Positions 1-14,565 are shown, counted from the first letter of the stretch. The stretch: DNA of 64,000 nt from Rhodosorus marinus CCMP1338 (GCA_029953675.1 JAMWBK010000011.1:310001-374000), one strand, 5' to 3'. Translations and numbers: made by a program. The notes: generated from the letters alone by a model not told the origin.

Positions 1-819
1 AGTAATGTTGACAGTACACGTACTACAACCTCTAGATAGTACATGTACGAAGACAGTAATTGTACGAAAAATGCTCACATACCCCTCAAATGATTCCACT
101 ATACAAATATAAACAGTCAGCATTTTCATCCATAAACGAGTGTTGCACTTTAAACCATAGAAACTTTAAAATATATTCATATATTATTTTAATCTATCCA
201 ATCATAATAATCAACCCCTTTTTACATTAAAAACAATACTGTAGGAAGGTTTGTTTATATATTTTTCCCCTCCACTGTAATTGACTCAAATACAGTCAAT
301 ATAAAATCTATTTTCTAGAATATTCAGGCAAAAGTTTAATAAATTTCGTATAATCAGTCATATTCAATCTAATTTATATCATATAAGAGAAGTATTTGAG
401 CCTACTAGGATGGACTAGCCAATCTATTCACCACATCCTTTTTTGTTACATTAAACAGAATCTGTAGAAACGACAGGTGTTCGTCTGAGCATGACCATTT
501 TTTTCAAGGAAAAAAACAACAAATGAAGATATGCGGAAATCGATGCTAAAATCGGGGGGTGGGGTTTTGGGAGGGGGGTTTTGACGTTTTTGGAGAGGGG
601 CCGTTGTGATCGGTGTTGTAATCCGGTGAGTTGATAGGTGACGTTGAAAAAGGATGGTTTTCGATAGGATTTGAACTGGTGAGGCGGAAGACTAGGTGTT
701 GGATGAGGAAGGGGGTAGGTGTGGTTGGTTTAGTTTAGGAAACTTTCTTCAAGGGTGAAGGGAGGTTTGGTATAAAACAGGAGGGGGTTTTTTAAGAAGA
801 AGGATCGAAGGAGGAAAGG

Positions 820-2861
<2,042 letters not shown>

Positions 2862-3603
2862 ACTCCTGTCCGCTAACAAAAAGCCCAAAATAATCGACGG
2901 GACTCTTCATTTGCGTCGCGAAGACGAAGAAACTCCCCCGAAGAATTTTTTTATCAAGTAAAAAAGAAAACTTCTATCGAAAGAAAAGCCTCAAGCCGCT
3001 TGTCAATGCCAAAGACCTCTCTCAACCTGTGTCAATGAAGAAAAGACGCCTCTCCAGGAGCAACGCTCAGTAAGGTTGTTTATACGGATCTCCCAGTCGG
3101 TAATCTGATTTTCGCAGATTTCCACTTTGATCTCTGATTACTACTTGTGGCATTCGCCACCCTGTTCCGGATCAAGCATGCCTACCTATGATCCTCGTCT
3201 AGAGACCATTGTAAGCATCTAGGGACGAGTGCAGAATCTCCAGTTAACCGGTTAACAAGGAGGTCATGTCGGAGACGTTTGTATCAAATCAAACGGAAAA
3301 TGCAGGTCCGATGAGATGACGATAGACAGGCTTTCGATCCAGCCAAGCAACTCTGAAGACGAACTCAGCTGTGGAAACGGTCTTCAATAGGAACATCCGA
3401 ATTCCCTTACGTGCGACGGAGTTCTATCTGGGAATACCCGATGCGGGTTTCGCCTTCAGCTCCTACCTCAACCTTTTCCGTGAAGAGCAGTGTTGGCTTT
3501 GCAACGCGCTTGAACGGGATCTCTAAAGGTTACAAGGGTTTACATAGACTTCTGCTTCGTTCTTACATAGCTTAGTTAGGTCCTAATAGTTCTCAGGTTA
3601 GGT

Positions 3604-4254
3604 CTAGCTCGTATTTGAGTCCGGCGGTTGCGCATCTTGCTGGACACTCTTCTCAGTGGTGACCTCAGCTTGCCTTGTTCTCGAAGCGAGGATTTCCTTG
3701 ATTCTTTCTTCACGCCTCCGAAAGTCCAGCTCTCGCTCCTGTTCGTAGACTTGCCTGATCTGGTCTTTATAAAGAAACGCTCTATTGTAATTGATCATCT
3801 TTGGATCCTCACTCATCAGGTAGCCGTCAAGGCCCTTGTATTGTCGGATCTTCTTGAGCGCCGCAAGGGACATGTTGAAGTGAATATCCGTTCCTAATGC
3901 CTTGGACGGGGTCTGTATCCATTGAATACTAGGTCGACGTCTTGCGACCGCCCTTAACACACCAAAAACAAAACAATCCTCAGACAACAAACAACAACAA
4001 ATCCACCAAACAACAACCAGAAGAGAAAAGGCATAAACCCACCATTGGTTAAACTTCGGCTTGATCAATATTCTCTCCTTCTCTACCTTCGCCCCATGAT
4101 ATAACCCAAGCGTCTGCTCGGGATACGCACCCCTCTCAACCGTACGGAACCTCCCAAACTCTAGCAGACTCTCCTCCCGACGAAACTTGGCACGGTAAAA
4201 CCGCCACGTCGGGTTCTCCGGATAAACCGGAAGCCTCCACTTCCGACCCCCCAT
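3604..4254 (-). CDS. MRPL28: Probable mitochondrial ribosomal protein bL28m, 2 exons (intron 4042-3953)
   Basis: GLYHG near the N-terminus and RRRPSIQW...SKALG...SLAALKKIRQYKGLDGYLM resemble the L28 family pattern (RRxxPNVQ...L.TI...GGLD.YLL). A 90-nt GTGGGT...TTAAG intron removes a hydrophobic in-frame stretch. First ATG is at 4254. Confidence 0.65.
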   Translation of the reverse strand: MGGRKWRLPVYPENPTWRFYRAKFRREESLLEFGRFRTVERGAYPEQTLGLYHGAKVEKERILIKPKFNQWWVYAFSLLVVVWWICCCLLSEDCFVFGVLRAVARRRPSIQWIQTPSKALGTDIHFNMSLAALKKIRQYKGLDGYLMSEDPKMINYNRAFLYKDQIRQVYEQERELDFRRREERIKEILASRTRQAEVTTEKSVQQDAQPPDSNTS

Positions 4255-4587
4255 TCTCAATCAGAAAAGATTATATTCTAATAGCCTATACGCTAAACGC
4301 TATTGCCAACAGGTCTCCCTCTCACATCCACCATTGACTCACAACTATCCTCCCCGACCGATGCCATCAGTTCAATAGTCGGCAATGGTCAATAATCCAC
4401 AAACCCTCGCCTGTCCCAACCAAATTGTCCCAGTGTCCCGTGGTTGGTAGGCCAGAATTAGGGTTGGTCGACGATGGTACATCCCCTTAGAAAGATAGTT
4501 CTTGAATATAGAATATGTTTCGTAAAAATACTGTATTTGGTCACTTTAATATGTAGTTGAACTATAAATAGAGGAAAGATGTCTAGA

Positions 4588-5862
4588 TTAGGTAAGATAG
4601 TGGGCAAGGAGGAGGCCGATGGGGTTGGCGATGATGTAGCCAATGGAGCCGACGAGGACTGCTGGCATGATGAGTGCCAGCCATCCTCTCTCCGATGCGA
4701 ATGCTGCTGCCGTGCCAGCTCCCCCGATGTTGGCGTTGGAGGCGACGAGTAGCTCCTCGACGGGCAGGTGGAGAAGCTTCCGACCGACGAGGTAGACGAC
4801 CGAGCCGTGGATGGATATGATCACACCAGCGAATAGCGCTATAGAAGGTCCGTACGCGATCATCTAAAAGGGACAGGCAGAAGAGATTAAAAAGCAGTTG
4901 TGCGTCCGTTGTTTCTCAGGAGGGTTCACCTTGGACAAGTTCGCAGAGGCCCCAATGGTAACAAAAAAGATGCTGAAGATCACGCTTCCAATTCTCGACG
5001 CTTCGTCAGTTAGAGGAGCGAACGTTCTCGTTCGAAACGATGCAGCAAGCGCGGTGATCACTGTCACTACGGGAATTCCAGAGAATGCCGCTGGCAGTCC
5101 CAGCACATTGGAAAGGGCCATTCCACTCGTCGACAGGACAGTTGCTAGAATGCCCGACTTCAGCATACGAGACCAATTGATTTGGCGCCCTCCTGATACA
5201 GGCTCCGGTAATCTTTTAGAATCGGGGCTTAGGGCGAAGAGGACGGATAGATAGACCGCCATGATCACATTGTCGACTACCAAGCCCGCTGCCACTAATG
5301 TGGAGCTCTCAGCGGTCAACCGCAGCGCCTTCGCGACTGCGAAGTAGTTGACAGTTCCGCCGATGTAGGTCGACGTAAACAGACCCGCGAGGCGTCCAGT
5401 GTGAGCGCCAATTTTGATGAAGCCTGCGGCAACCAAGGCTCCGCAAACAGTGCCCAAAGACCCGATCAGGAAGGCGAGCACAAGCCCTCGTATCGATCGG
5501 ATTCTGCCGAGTGCTCACAAGAGATCAGACGATCAGATAAGGTGGTTGTCGAGCTCGGACGTGGCAGAGCCTCACCTCCTAAGATCAGCTCCGAAAAGGA
5601 ACAGAGAGCAAGCGATCGGCAAAAGCTTCTCCGCGGCGAGGTCGTACAGCGCGTGAGCTGGTGGCATCAGGGTAGAGTTTGAAGCGATCGATGCGATGAC
5701 AATCGATAGCACCGGAGCTGATACACGATCCTTTAGAGGGGCTCTCGAAGCCAAGACGTGGCTCGACACCGCACATGCCGCAATCGACACAGCTACGGAT
5801 CCGTTCGTCAGCATCCACGAGGGGATGAACAGCTCACGTTCACGTCGCTTCTCGCTCCGCAT
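4588..5862 (-). CDS. DUF819-family multi-pass membrane protein, at least 3 exons (introns 5575-5504 and 4929-4864); 5' end uncertain
   Basis: SAPVLSI..ASN, LLPIACSLFLFGADLRR, TYIGGTVNY and ASNANIGGAGTAAAFA are recognisable DUF819 motifs. Splicing at GT-AG sites joins the three ORF pieces in frame. Confidence 0.85.
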
Positions 5863-6826
5863 TTCTTCCACACAAAAGTACACTTGGCCGTTCTAAGACT
5901 CTTCCGATCTCGCTTCCTAGAAGTCGGTCTTACAGTCATTGACTTGACGGAGAATGTGATCGAGAACACAGCCAGATCGGTGTCAAAAGCATCGCACGTC
6001 AGCGCAGAACTGTATCTCCAAGAGGCGGATGGATCCGTCGGGGCTTGAACACAGCTACAGAAAGGTTGATACTAGCAACCAGTCGTTGGGTAGAAAGCTG
6101 ATTGCTGTACGGCAGTTGGAGTAGTGCGAGCCTCTTCAGTAGTTTTCATTAGTCCAACAAGGGCTGAGCATGATCTGCAACGTCCTATTCGTCCGTTCAA
6201 ACTGGGTCGCGGCTTCTTGACCTTCAACAGAAATCGACTCCCAGACTGAAAGGATGAATCAAAGTGCAGATTGTGCTAGAGTCCTGTTGTGCTGGCGAAG
6301 AAACTGGCAGAAGAGGTCCCAGTATTCCCACTGGTATAGCGATCAAGCTTCTACGGAGGAATGGGTGTGCCATTGACAGACGACAATCCCGAAATTGCAC
6401 GCTCAACAAGGGAACTGGCTACTCAAACTAACAGTGAAGACGGCATCTGTATTGTAGCAATAGCATCAGCATTGTCAAGGCCGCACGGTGTGGGTGTACG
6501 ACAGCAGAGATGCAACTTGCTTTGCGCCACAAAGTGTCATCGTTCCAGCAGTCCAGTTGTTCACTAGTTCTTTTAAGACGAATCGCAAAACTCGCCACAC
6601 GGGGCAAACATTTCGAAGCGGTAATATCCCGCCGGCGCCGTCCTCCTCATAGACCTGTACTTGGCGGCTGCGCGAGACTCTAGTAGAAATCAACCGCTCA
6701 TCGCTGACCTGTGGTTTGTAAAGGTAGCTAGTTCATAATACCGGACTGCGCTGCTTTTTCTAATTCTTCTTTCCTGTGTTATGTCTCCACTAGTGTACTG
6801 ATCGGCTCTGCCGCTCATCCTGCAGT

Positions 6827-8028
6827 TTACTTCATGTCGTCGATTTCTAAGACTGCTCGGGTCTCTTCTCCGATTGCTGCTCTCAATGCGTTCCGAGCGA
6901 CCTGTAACGAGGGCGTTGGGTAAGCCTGAGCCATAGCCGATAACTGCAAAAAGTTTCGAGCCTGCCTTACCGTTTCTACGGGCAATGGCTGGGTCAGGGT
7001 GAGCTGAAAAATTGGATACTTCGCCAGAGACTTGATCGGGCTCAGCGAAGTAAGAGCCGCCAGCGGCTGTCCGATGAGCTGCAGCGGGATTTTTCTTTTC
7101 CCAGCATATCGTTCCTGTCGCATATCGAGTTGAACGCGGGATCAGCTTCGTCACGGTTTGCTTGTGATGGTTTGGTTTTTGTGAGATACGGACCCCGTAG
7201 ATCATGCCCGGTCGGAGGATCGTGGAATGGTTCGGGAAGAGCTTCTGTATCTCCTCCTCCGCAGCCCTTTTTCCTTGAAAGTAGCCGTTCATCGGAGGCA
7301 CGGACTCGATGTACTTGTACTGCTTCACGGAGATGAACACGAAGCGCTCAACGCCGTTTTCATTCGCGGCTCTAGCGGCTCGGATGTTGGCAGTCCCGTT
7401 GATCTCGTACGCGTACTTGTACGAACCAAATGCACCAATGCAGCTTACTATGGACCTGTATAGAGCAGCCCTCGAATTGAGAAAATTCGAACGGAAGATC
7501 TGAATTCTCCGTTTTGACAGCTGCTCACTGGATTGGGGATAAGTAGTTGACGTATGAATCCGGTTCTAAAGCATCAGATTTGATCCATTCCACATCTGAA
7601 ATCCATCCATCTTCTCTTTCGGGGCGTCCCGACCTGCTCATTGCCGCCACTTCAAACCCACGGCTCAGTGCTTCCATGCAGACCGCGTTCCCAACAAACC
7701 CGTTTCCGCCAAGCACGAGGACTTTTGACCTCGGAGGAGGAGGAGGAGGTGGTGGTGGTGGCGGCGATGCCTGATCTTCTTTCTTCTTTTCAGAATTCTC
7801 CGCCTTCCCCGTGCTCCCACCGTCGTTGCCATTGAGTTTCTCAGCTGCCGCTGCACCAGACTTCCCGGAAGGACCACCTCCAGCCTTCCCAGCTGCTGTA
7901 GAGAAACGCAGTGCTTGAACAGGCAGTAAAAGCCTCTTATATCGTATTAGACTATTCATAAAGCTCGTTGACTTCCTCAAGACAATTCTCACAGGGCTAA
8001 ACAGTCTCATACCACTGCCTCCTCTCAT
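6827..8028 (-). CDS. NAD(P)-binding Rossmann-fold (atypical SDR/epimerase, Coq11-like) protein, 4 exons (introns 7528-7456, 7193-7115, 6970-6902)
   Basis: KVLVLGGNGFVG dinucleotide-binding motif, RFVFIS, GYFQGKRAAE (YxxxK) and ILRPGMIYG. The long Ser/Gly/Pro-rich N-terminal extension resembles a targeting peptide. Start codon uncertain. Confidence 0.88.
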
Positions 8029-8378
8029 AGCCAAACTGCTCACATTGCTAGCAGCTACTTTTGACCTCAAAATATCCAAAATCCGGTAACAGTATCTACT
8101 AATGATTGGACGTATATCGTTTAATACTGTATTTCATTGGTAAATAAGTACAAACTATAATCCATTCACAAACCTGTATTCTTCCTTTAAATATTTATCG
8201 TTTGTTAATTGGTTAATAGATCTCACTTACACTCGCATAAGATTTTATCGGATTTTAATTGGCTTAAGGTGGAATATAGAGGCTACTAAGATTTGTGGTT
8301 GGTAGTTCTGTTAGTGCAGTTTATGGAGGGTCAACTGAAGGGACGACTGACGGGCTTTTTGGGTTTCTTTCCTTGTAT

Positions 8379-9254
8379 TTAGAATCGGAACGACTGCTGC
8401 CTTCGATCCTTCTTCGAGAAATGACCAGGTTTTGCAGCGAAGGAAGATTCGGAAGACTCTTCAAGGTTTGGAATGACCCTTCTGAGCTCTGGTGCGGAAC
8501 TTTCCACGAACACCGAGTCCGGTTCTTCGTCGATCTCGCTGTCTTCCCCCTTCTCCGGACTTCTTGGACCAAATCGGAGCATAAGCACAACGAGGATTGT
8601 GGTGTAAATCCCCGTGAAATAAAGTTGTCCCCCAGAGGCGATGCCGAGCGATGCGGCGACCCAGACGGATGCCGCGGTCGTCAGGCCGTGGACCTGGCTC
8701 TCCTGGCTCACTCGACTATCGCCCTGTTTCCATATCATCGCAGATCCCAAAAATCCCACTCCAGAAACGATGGCAGCCGAGACACGCGCGGTATCGAAGC
8801 TAGAGGATGACGATTCGAAGCAAAACATTGAGGATATCGTAAAACAGCACGCGCCGAGAGATACAAGCGACATGAGCCTCATCCCAGCAGGCCTATCCGG
8901 TGACCTCCGTTCATACCCGAGAATCGCGCCCAGCACGATCGACAGAATCAATCGCTGACCCTTGTCCGCCTCCCAAAGACTCAAGCCGAGCAGATACCAG
9001 CGCTTCTCGTAGTAGCACTCCGCCGAAGGATAGAGCTTATTATCCCACGAAGATGAGTAAGGATCCGGACCATAGTCGCAGTCCCTCACAAGGACCTCAG
9101 CAAACACGTTGACCACCGAAAACGCGGCCACAAACCCCGCGATCAGCAGGTACAGAAACCCATTCAGCGACTGGTATTGCTTCGGAGCAAAGTACCGATC
9201 CAAGTACCATCTCCACCAGCTCTTAACACCTTCAATGATCTCAGAAACTCTCAT
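8379..9254 (-). CDS. MgtC/SapB-family membrane protein (copy 1), intronless
   Basis: LGYERRSPDRPAGMRLMSLVSLGACCFT, ARVSAAIVSGVGFLGSA and VHGLTTAASVWVAASLGIASG are MgtC transmembrane signatures. Confidence 0.9.
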   Translation of the reverse strand: MRVSEIIEGVKSWWRWYLDRYFAPKQYQSLNGFLYLLIAGFVAAFSVVNVFAEVLVRDCDYGPDPYSSSWDNKLYPSAECYYEKRWYLLGLSLWEADKGQRLILSIVLGAILGYERRSPDRPAGMRLMSLVSLGACCFTISSMFCFESSSSSFDTARVSAAIVSGVGFLGSAMIWKQGDSRVSQESQVHGLTTAASVWVAASLGIASGGQLYFTGIYTTILVVLMLRFGPRSPEKGEDSEIDEEPDSVFVESSAPELRRVIPNLEESSESSFAAKPGHFSKKDRRQQSFRF

Positions 9255-9435
9255 TTCCCGTTTTCTTTGCTTCTGAAACCCTCCAGCTCCACAAGGGCAT
9301 GCCTCTGGACCACCTCTGGCTCAAACCCTACCTGCTCTCCAACTACCCCTACCCGAATCCGATCCTACCCGAAAGAGATTCCGTTAAAGTTCCACTCCAA
9401 AGTCCTAAACTTGACAAAATACGTCGAAAAACGAT

Positions 9436-9584
9436 GGAATAACCCTGAAGCATATTCAGGAGAGTGGAAACCCCTCGCCCCGCGCGAGAAGGAATAAATG
9501 ACCCTGAAGCACGAAAACAGATCACCTGGCCATATTTGAAAAACCTTGGAAAGCGATTCAAAAAGAGGAAATAACCCTGAAACA
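9436..9584. promoter_or_regulatory. Three copies of an ACCCTGAA(G/A)CA motif in the divergent MgtC intergenic region
   Basis: ACCCTGAA occurs at 9442, 9501 and 9574, each preceded within a few bases by GGAA and followed by (G/A)CA. Function is inferred only from position. Confidence 0.4.
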
Positions 9585-10257
9585 TGTCAAGGAGGGACGG
9601 TTGTTTTTTTTTTGTCGTTGGAAATGGTTTGAGATGCTTGACCTAGTTGCTTCTCTGCGCAGAGAGCTATCCTCACTGCGAATGTTTGGCTATGCACTGA
9701 CTGATTAACTGAGAGATGTGTTTTTTACGAGAAACGCGCAGCTCTCTGTTTTGCGGTGGGGAAGGACGCAGGGCCGGAGTGAGCGTGGTGGAGTTGTGAA
9801 CTGCTCTGAACCGCAGACTAACCGACGTGCATCAAGCGTAGAATTTCTCAACGCATTTCGTCCCTCCTCGATTATCATTTGTTTTCGCTATGAGAAGAAA
9901 CGCTCTTCACTCGGAGCTTCGATTGATCTGACCCCTTAGCCACGCGTCCTGAACCTTGTCCGGGTCGGGATTCGAGATACCGAGAGGATAAAAAAGACCA
10001 GATATCATGCTCAGACACCTCTCCTACCCGCTTGCTCAGGAATTTCTCGACCAGGACAGAACATCCCTTCCACCGATCTCCGATCGCCGATCTCAAAATC
10101 CCAACGGAATTGCAAGTTAAACCTCCTGACAGCCTTGTTTAGCGGATCAGTCCTGGCCTCGCGAGGCGGGCACGGGTGAGGTGGCTGAGAGCATACCGAT
10201 TCTCGAGGTTGATAACTCATCTTATTATTATTGTGAAGGACAGTTTTGGACAGAAAT

Positions 10258-11070
10258 ATGAACTTTATTCAACGCCTTTGGGACCGATTTAAGTCCAACT
10301 TTCGTCACAATCCTGACAAGGATGCGTTGATCTACCTTAGTGTCGTCGCCGTGGCGGTGGGGGTATCTCTGGTGTGTATCTTGGAGCCTGTCCTGGTTCC
10401 AGAGTGTGATAGGCCAAGTCCGACGTTCTTTCCGTTCAAGAATCTGAAGTATGATGACAGTCCGTGCCGGAGGTTGAGGTATGGCGTGCTCCTTTGGCTC
10501 ACGCCTATGGACGCGGACATTGGGAGGCGAATGCTGGTCGCGATTGTCCTGGCGGCGCTCATTGGATACGAAAGGAGGTCCCCCGAGCGCGCTGCTGGAG
10601 TAAGAACGATGTCTGTGACGTCTCTCGGAGCCTGCTGCTTTACTATATCCTCGATCTTTGCTTTTGAGTCCGGAACGATGCATTGGGATGCGAGTCGAGT
10701 GACAGCTGCCATTCCCTCAGGTGTCGGATTCCTCGGATCCGCGATCATCTGGAAAGGAATGGTAGGCAATGGCGACGACAAACACCACGAAGTGAGCGGT
10801 ATCTCGACGGCAGCTTCAGTTTGGATATCTGCTTCGATCGGAGTCGCGGCGGGAGGCGCACTGTTCTATACGGCGCTCTTCACCAGCCTCTGCGTGATCC
10901 TGATCCTACGTTTTGGACCGATGACCGAAGATGAGAGGGAGAGCGCAAAAGTCGAAACAGCGCAGTTTGTGAAAACAGAAACCTCGCCTCTGCTCGACAG
11001 AATGGATAAGCTTGCGGTTGAGGACTCCAGGATAACTAGAAGCACGATTTCTATTTCTTCACATACGTGA
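10258..11070 (+). CDS. MgtC/SapB-family membrane protein (copy 2), intronless
   Basis: IGYERRSPERAAGVRTMSVTSLGACCFT, SRVTAAIPSGVGFLGSA and VSGISTAASVWISASIGVAAG. First ATG is at 10258. Confidence 0.9.
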   Translation: MNFIQRLWDRFKSNFRHNPDKDALIYLSVVAVAVGVSLVCILEPVLVPECDRPSPTFFPFKNLKYDDSPCRRLRYGVLLWLTPMDADIGRRMLVAIVLAALIGYERRSPERAAGVRTMSVTSLGACCFTISSIFAFESGTMHWDASRVTAAIPSGVGFLGSAIIWKGMVGNGDDKHHEVSGISTAASVWISASIGVAAGGALFYTALFTSLCVILILRFGPMTEDERESAKVETAQFVKTETSPLLDRMDKLAVEDSRITRSTISISSHT

Positions 11071-12049
11071 AGGTAACAGCGACGATTGAGCCTCCGCTTA
11101 CGGGTGCAGGCTTGAGTTTCATCAACGGATCTGCTCCGCGGGTGGTCACGTCCAACCTGGACAAACTGGCCGCAGAGGTTTCGCTGACCACAGGAATCGA
11201 ATCGAAGGCGACGCTGCACAAAGGCTGACTGAGAGACGGGGGTGCCCTTGCTGTCGCCAAGACGTCAAGTTCAGGGTGCTGAACAGGAAGGGCGCTGCCT
11301 TTTGTTCATTAAAGAAGATTCTTCAGCCGAGTTTGAGCTTTTTTAAGTACACTATTGCGACCTCCCTTTTCGCTTATTAAGAATCCAGGCATCCGTTTTT
11401 TTCAGAGTAAGAGCGACTAGCTCTCCTATCAGCTTTCTACTCAAAGAGCTTGTTCGAGTATAGTCTATTGCTGAAGCCGCTCGGAATACCCGCACAGCTT
11501 CCGCCTTCCTCGCCTATGCCCCTTCAATACTTTTGCACTCGTCGCCCGTATCAAGATCTCTCTCTTCTAAGCTTATCCTCGTGAACTATTTCTATGTGAA
11601 CTATTCTACAACACTAAGCATCGATCAGAGTCACGCACGAATGGGGACCTCTCCTCTCCGCTTGGTCCATGGAGATGTTGATATCTACAGTATCTGGTCA
11701 TATCGTGTCTCGCAGACCTTGGAGAGGGAGCATCGACCCAGCAGCGGCAACTGGAAGGTTTCCGGGAAGCACTTACGGCACGTTTTGGGTGACATTGTTT
11801 TGCAAACCAGTCGGATTGCAAGTTGGCAATGGTCACTTTGAGAGCTTCACTATCGTCGTCGAAAACCCATTCGTTGCCTCAGCTTTGGGACCATCCGCTT
11901 CCCAGCCTTCGCTCCCATCTTCATCAAACTCGTCATTGCAACGACTGAACACTTCGCCGGGGTGGATGGAAACAGACTTGCGGTTTTCCTCCACGGTTCT
12001 GGTTGTCTGTTGCCGCCTCTCATGATTCCTAGCTACAGAAATATATATA

Positions 12050-13054
12050 TCATTTTGGACGGTCAGCCTTTCCCATCAGGTTGTATAGCTTCCTCCAGAA
12101 CGCTTCACTATCTGCTATATCAACATGGGCATTGAGTACGACCTAGTTCGATTGCGAGGGGGGGCGGAAGGGGGAGGGTATGCACAATGTTTTGATCAGA
12201 TATTCAAGGATTTGCTCTTCTCACAAGCTAGCAAAGCAGCTCTTTCGGCCTTACGTCTTTGCTGCAAGCGGCTGGAATCCAGACTTTGTTTTCTATTTCG
12301 TCTTGTAGTTGGTTCGGCGCCCATCCTGATGGTTCCAGTTTTACGTGAGACGGAGGACTCCTCGGGAAATTGGTTGTGAGTTGGTTTGGACCACTCTTAC
12401 CGCAGTAGCGTAGGAATACTTTGACCCTTTCTGGATTGATGGTACCTCTCTCAGCAGCCTCGAGGATTTCCTCGTAACCGCCGCAGAATACGCCTGGGAA
12501 GACTTCGGCGGTGTTTCGGAGATCCGCGTAATCGTGGATGAAGAACAGGGTCTCGCCGACGTCGCCTCCGAAGTAGATTCGATTGTTTGACAGAGCATTT
12601 GGTTCCGTTGACATCTGTGGATTCCGCCAGTGGGGGTCAGTCGTGTTCGCCAAAACGGGGAACCAGAAAGGGCAGTGATCAAGAAACCTACGCTTTTCAG
12701 CTGTGTTTTCATTCTCTTATTGATTATGATCCCATGAGCTCCGTCCTCGTCAGACTGGAGAAGGAGAATCACCGCGTGCCTGAAATAGACTTGATTTTCA
12801 CCAAAAAAATTCGGGTTGGCCAGCAGCAAGCACCCCGGTTCGGCGGAAGTCAGTAGATGACACCATTCACAGTCTTTCTTAACCGCCACGTCCCTCTCCC
12901 CCAGCACCAACTTCGCCCGAAACTCTCTCCAATCCCCGGTACACAACCCTCCTTCCACAGATTCACTCCATACACGACTACACCTGCTCCCCCTTCGCCT
13001 CCTCACGCGACAACGCTCTGTCAAATGACTCCCACTACCAATAAATCCCAACAT
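12050..13054 (-). CDS. DUF179/YqgE/AlgH-family protein with a probable plastid transit peptide, 4 exons (introns 12691-12615, 12400-12326, 12254-12143)
   Basis: DWREFRAKL, GCLLLANP, YFRHAVILLL, GIIINK, IYFGGDVG, FLRYCGWAPNQLQDEI and a final exon FWRKLYNLMG. All junctions are GT-AG and in frame. Confidence 0.88.
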
Positions 13055-14136
13055 CTTCCCACCACATAAATACCTTTCCCCAAACAGATAATCTTCGCCA
13101 CCCACCCTCCGCTCTCCCCGACTCACTCCATGATATCTCTCCAATCAACCACTCAAACAATCTAAGTCAAACCAAAATTCATCCTCTGATGATATCTAAA
13201 CTTAGCAAGATCTCCTCCGCCCTCCCTCCTCCCCCCCCATCAGCAAAACTACCCTGCTGCTGCGAAAGCAGAGCCCCCGTCCACCCACCCCATCAGTTGA
13301 AACATTGAAAACGAGATCTTACCGAGCACGCAAATATTTTTAAAAGCTTACTTCACGAGATAAACCAAATACGAACTCACTATCTGTGATGTTTATTGAA
13401 TTAGTTTGCTAAAAGTAGGGTTTGTTTGATGATTTGTACTTTAAAAAGCATCATGGCGAGATCTGGTGACGTTAAAATTTAATATCATGAGTGAGATACG
13501 CATTTATTGCGGATTACTGTGCAAAAGGATGGAAAATTCCGGTTTTGAAGGGGCTTGTGTGGCGATGTTAGTTTTTTGTTGTTTTAGCCGTTTTGGGGCT
13601 ACGTGGTAGTCAGGGGTTTCTGGGGAGAACTCTACAACGGAAGGCGAGACGGTAGTTGCAAGGTTTACTGTTTTCGCTAAGACGCATAGACAGAAATCTT
13701 TACCGAAATCCTTACCGCCTGGATTAGGAGCTCGTAGATCTCTGCAGAGAGAGGAGGTCACAGGGTTCTTGACCTAGCTCGGAAAGCCATCGTGCTGGGA
13801 GTCGTGGATGGCAAGAGATTCTAGACCCAAATTGGGGCCATCTGAGAATTTATACTTTTGTTTATGTTTTTATAATGTATCTGGACGCGATTGAGCCTAG
13901 AATATTCCTTTTACGTGCAAGCCGCACCATAATATTGCGGAAGCTTCTGCAGAACCGATCGGGTGTGTCCTCCCGGTCGACGTTTTCGTTTCGTTTTTGC
14001 TTTTGCCCACGGGGATGGTGCTCAGTGGACTGATCACTTCATTGGATGCAGATTTAAACATAATCCGTCCAGGTACCCTGAATTGTCCTTAGGACCGGTG
14101 CTCATAGAGCGAGCAAACTGGGAGAGCGGCGGCCCT

Positions 14137-14170
14137 CAGCTCAGGTCAAGGCGTTCCTTGACCTGAGCTG
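14137..14170. repeat. Perfect 15-bp inverted repeat with a 4-nt loop
   Basis: CAGCTCAGGTCAAGG-CGTT-CCTTGACCTGAGCTG, read directly from the sequence. Confidence 0.95.
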
Positions 14171-14565
14171 TAGGCATTGCCGAATAAAGGCTACGCGGTG
14201 AGATGGATGTCGAGCAATGGATTATTCAGTTGGGGATGGCGAAGAAGGCCACAGCGCACATTACAGAGAAGCTCAAGTTCAGCGTGGAGAAAGACGCCAC
14301 GATTCGAAAGGTGTCAAAGCACACCATCTCGTTTCCTCGGCCATTCGCAGGACCATCCTTGGTTTTCAGAGATGGCGGATAGCATCAGCCTACTAGCTAG
14401 CCTAAACCTAGCGCAAAGCTCAAGTCACAAAAGCATCCTCTCAGCGAGAGCACAAGGAGAGGTTACCCTTGTCCCCTTCGCGCAGTAAAATTCCGGGAAC
14501 CAGACGTACTCGCACTATAGACTGCTTGGGAGCAGCGTTGCAATCCGCAACCTGCAACCCAACAT

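Noticed and set aside
3243-3256. 14-bp palindrome GTTAACCGGTTAAC (also the 10-bp stem at 55979-55999)
   Set aside because: Stems of 7-10 bp are expected by chance in 64 kb.
11833-12060. Possible extra acidic exon of the DUF179 gene through a 28-nt GT-AG intron (12060-12033)
   Set aside because: The intron is far shorter than all others here (65 nt or more), and the protein already ends naturally after the conserved FWRKLYNLMG motif.
14204-14383. 59-aa ORF MDVEQWIIQLGMAKK... with slight SAM-domain resemblance
   Set aside because: Too short, with similarity limited to one helix and no splice partners identified.
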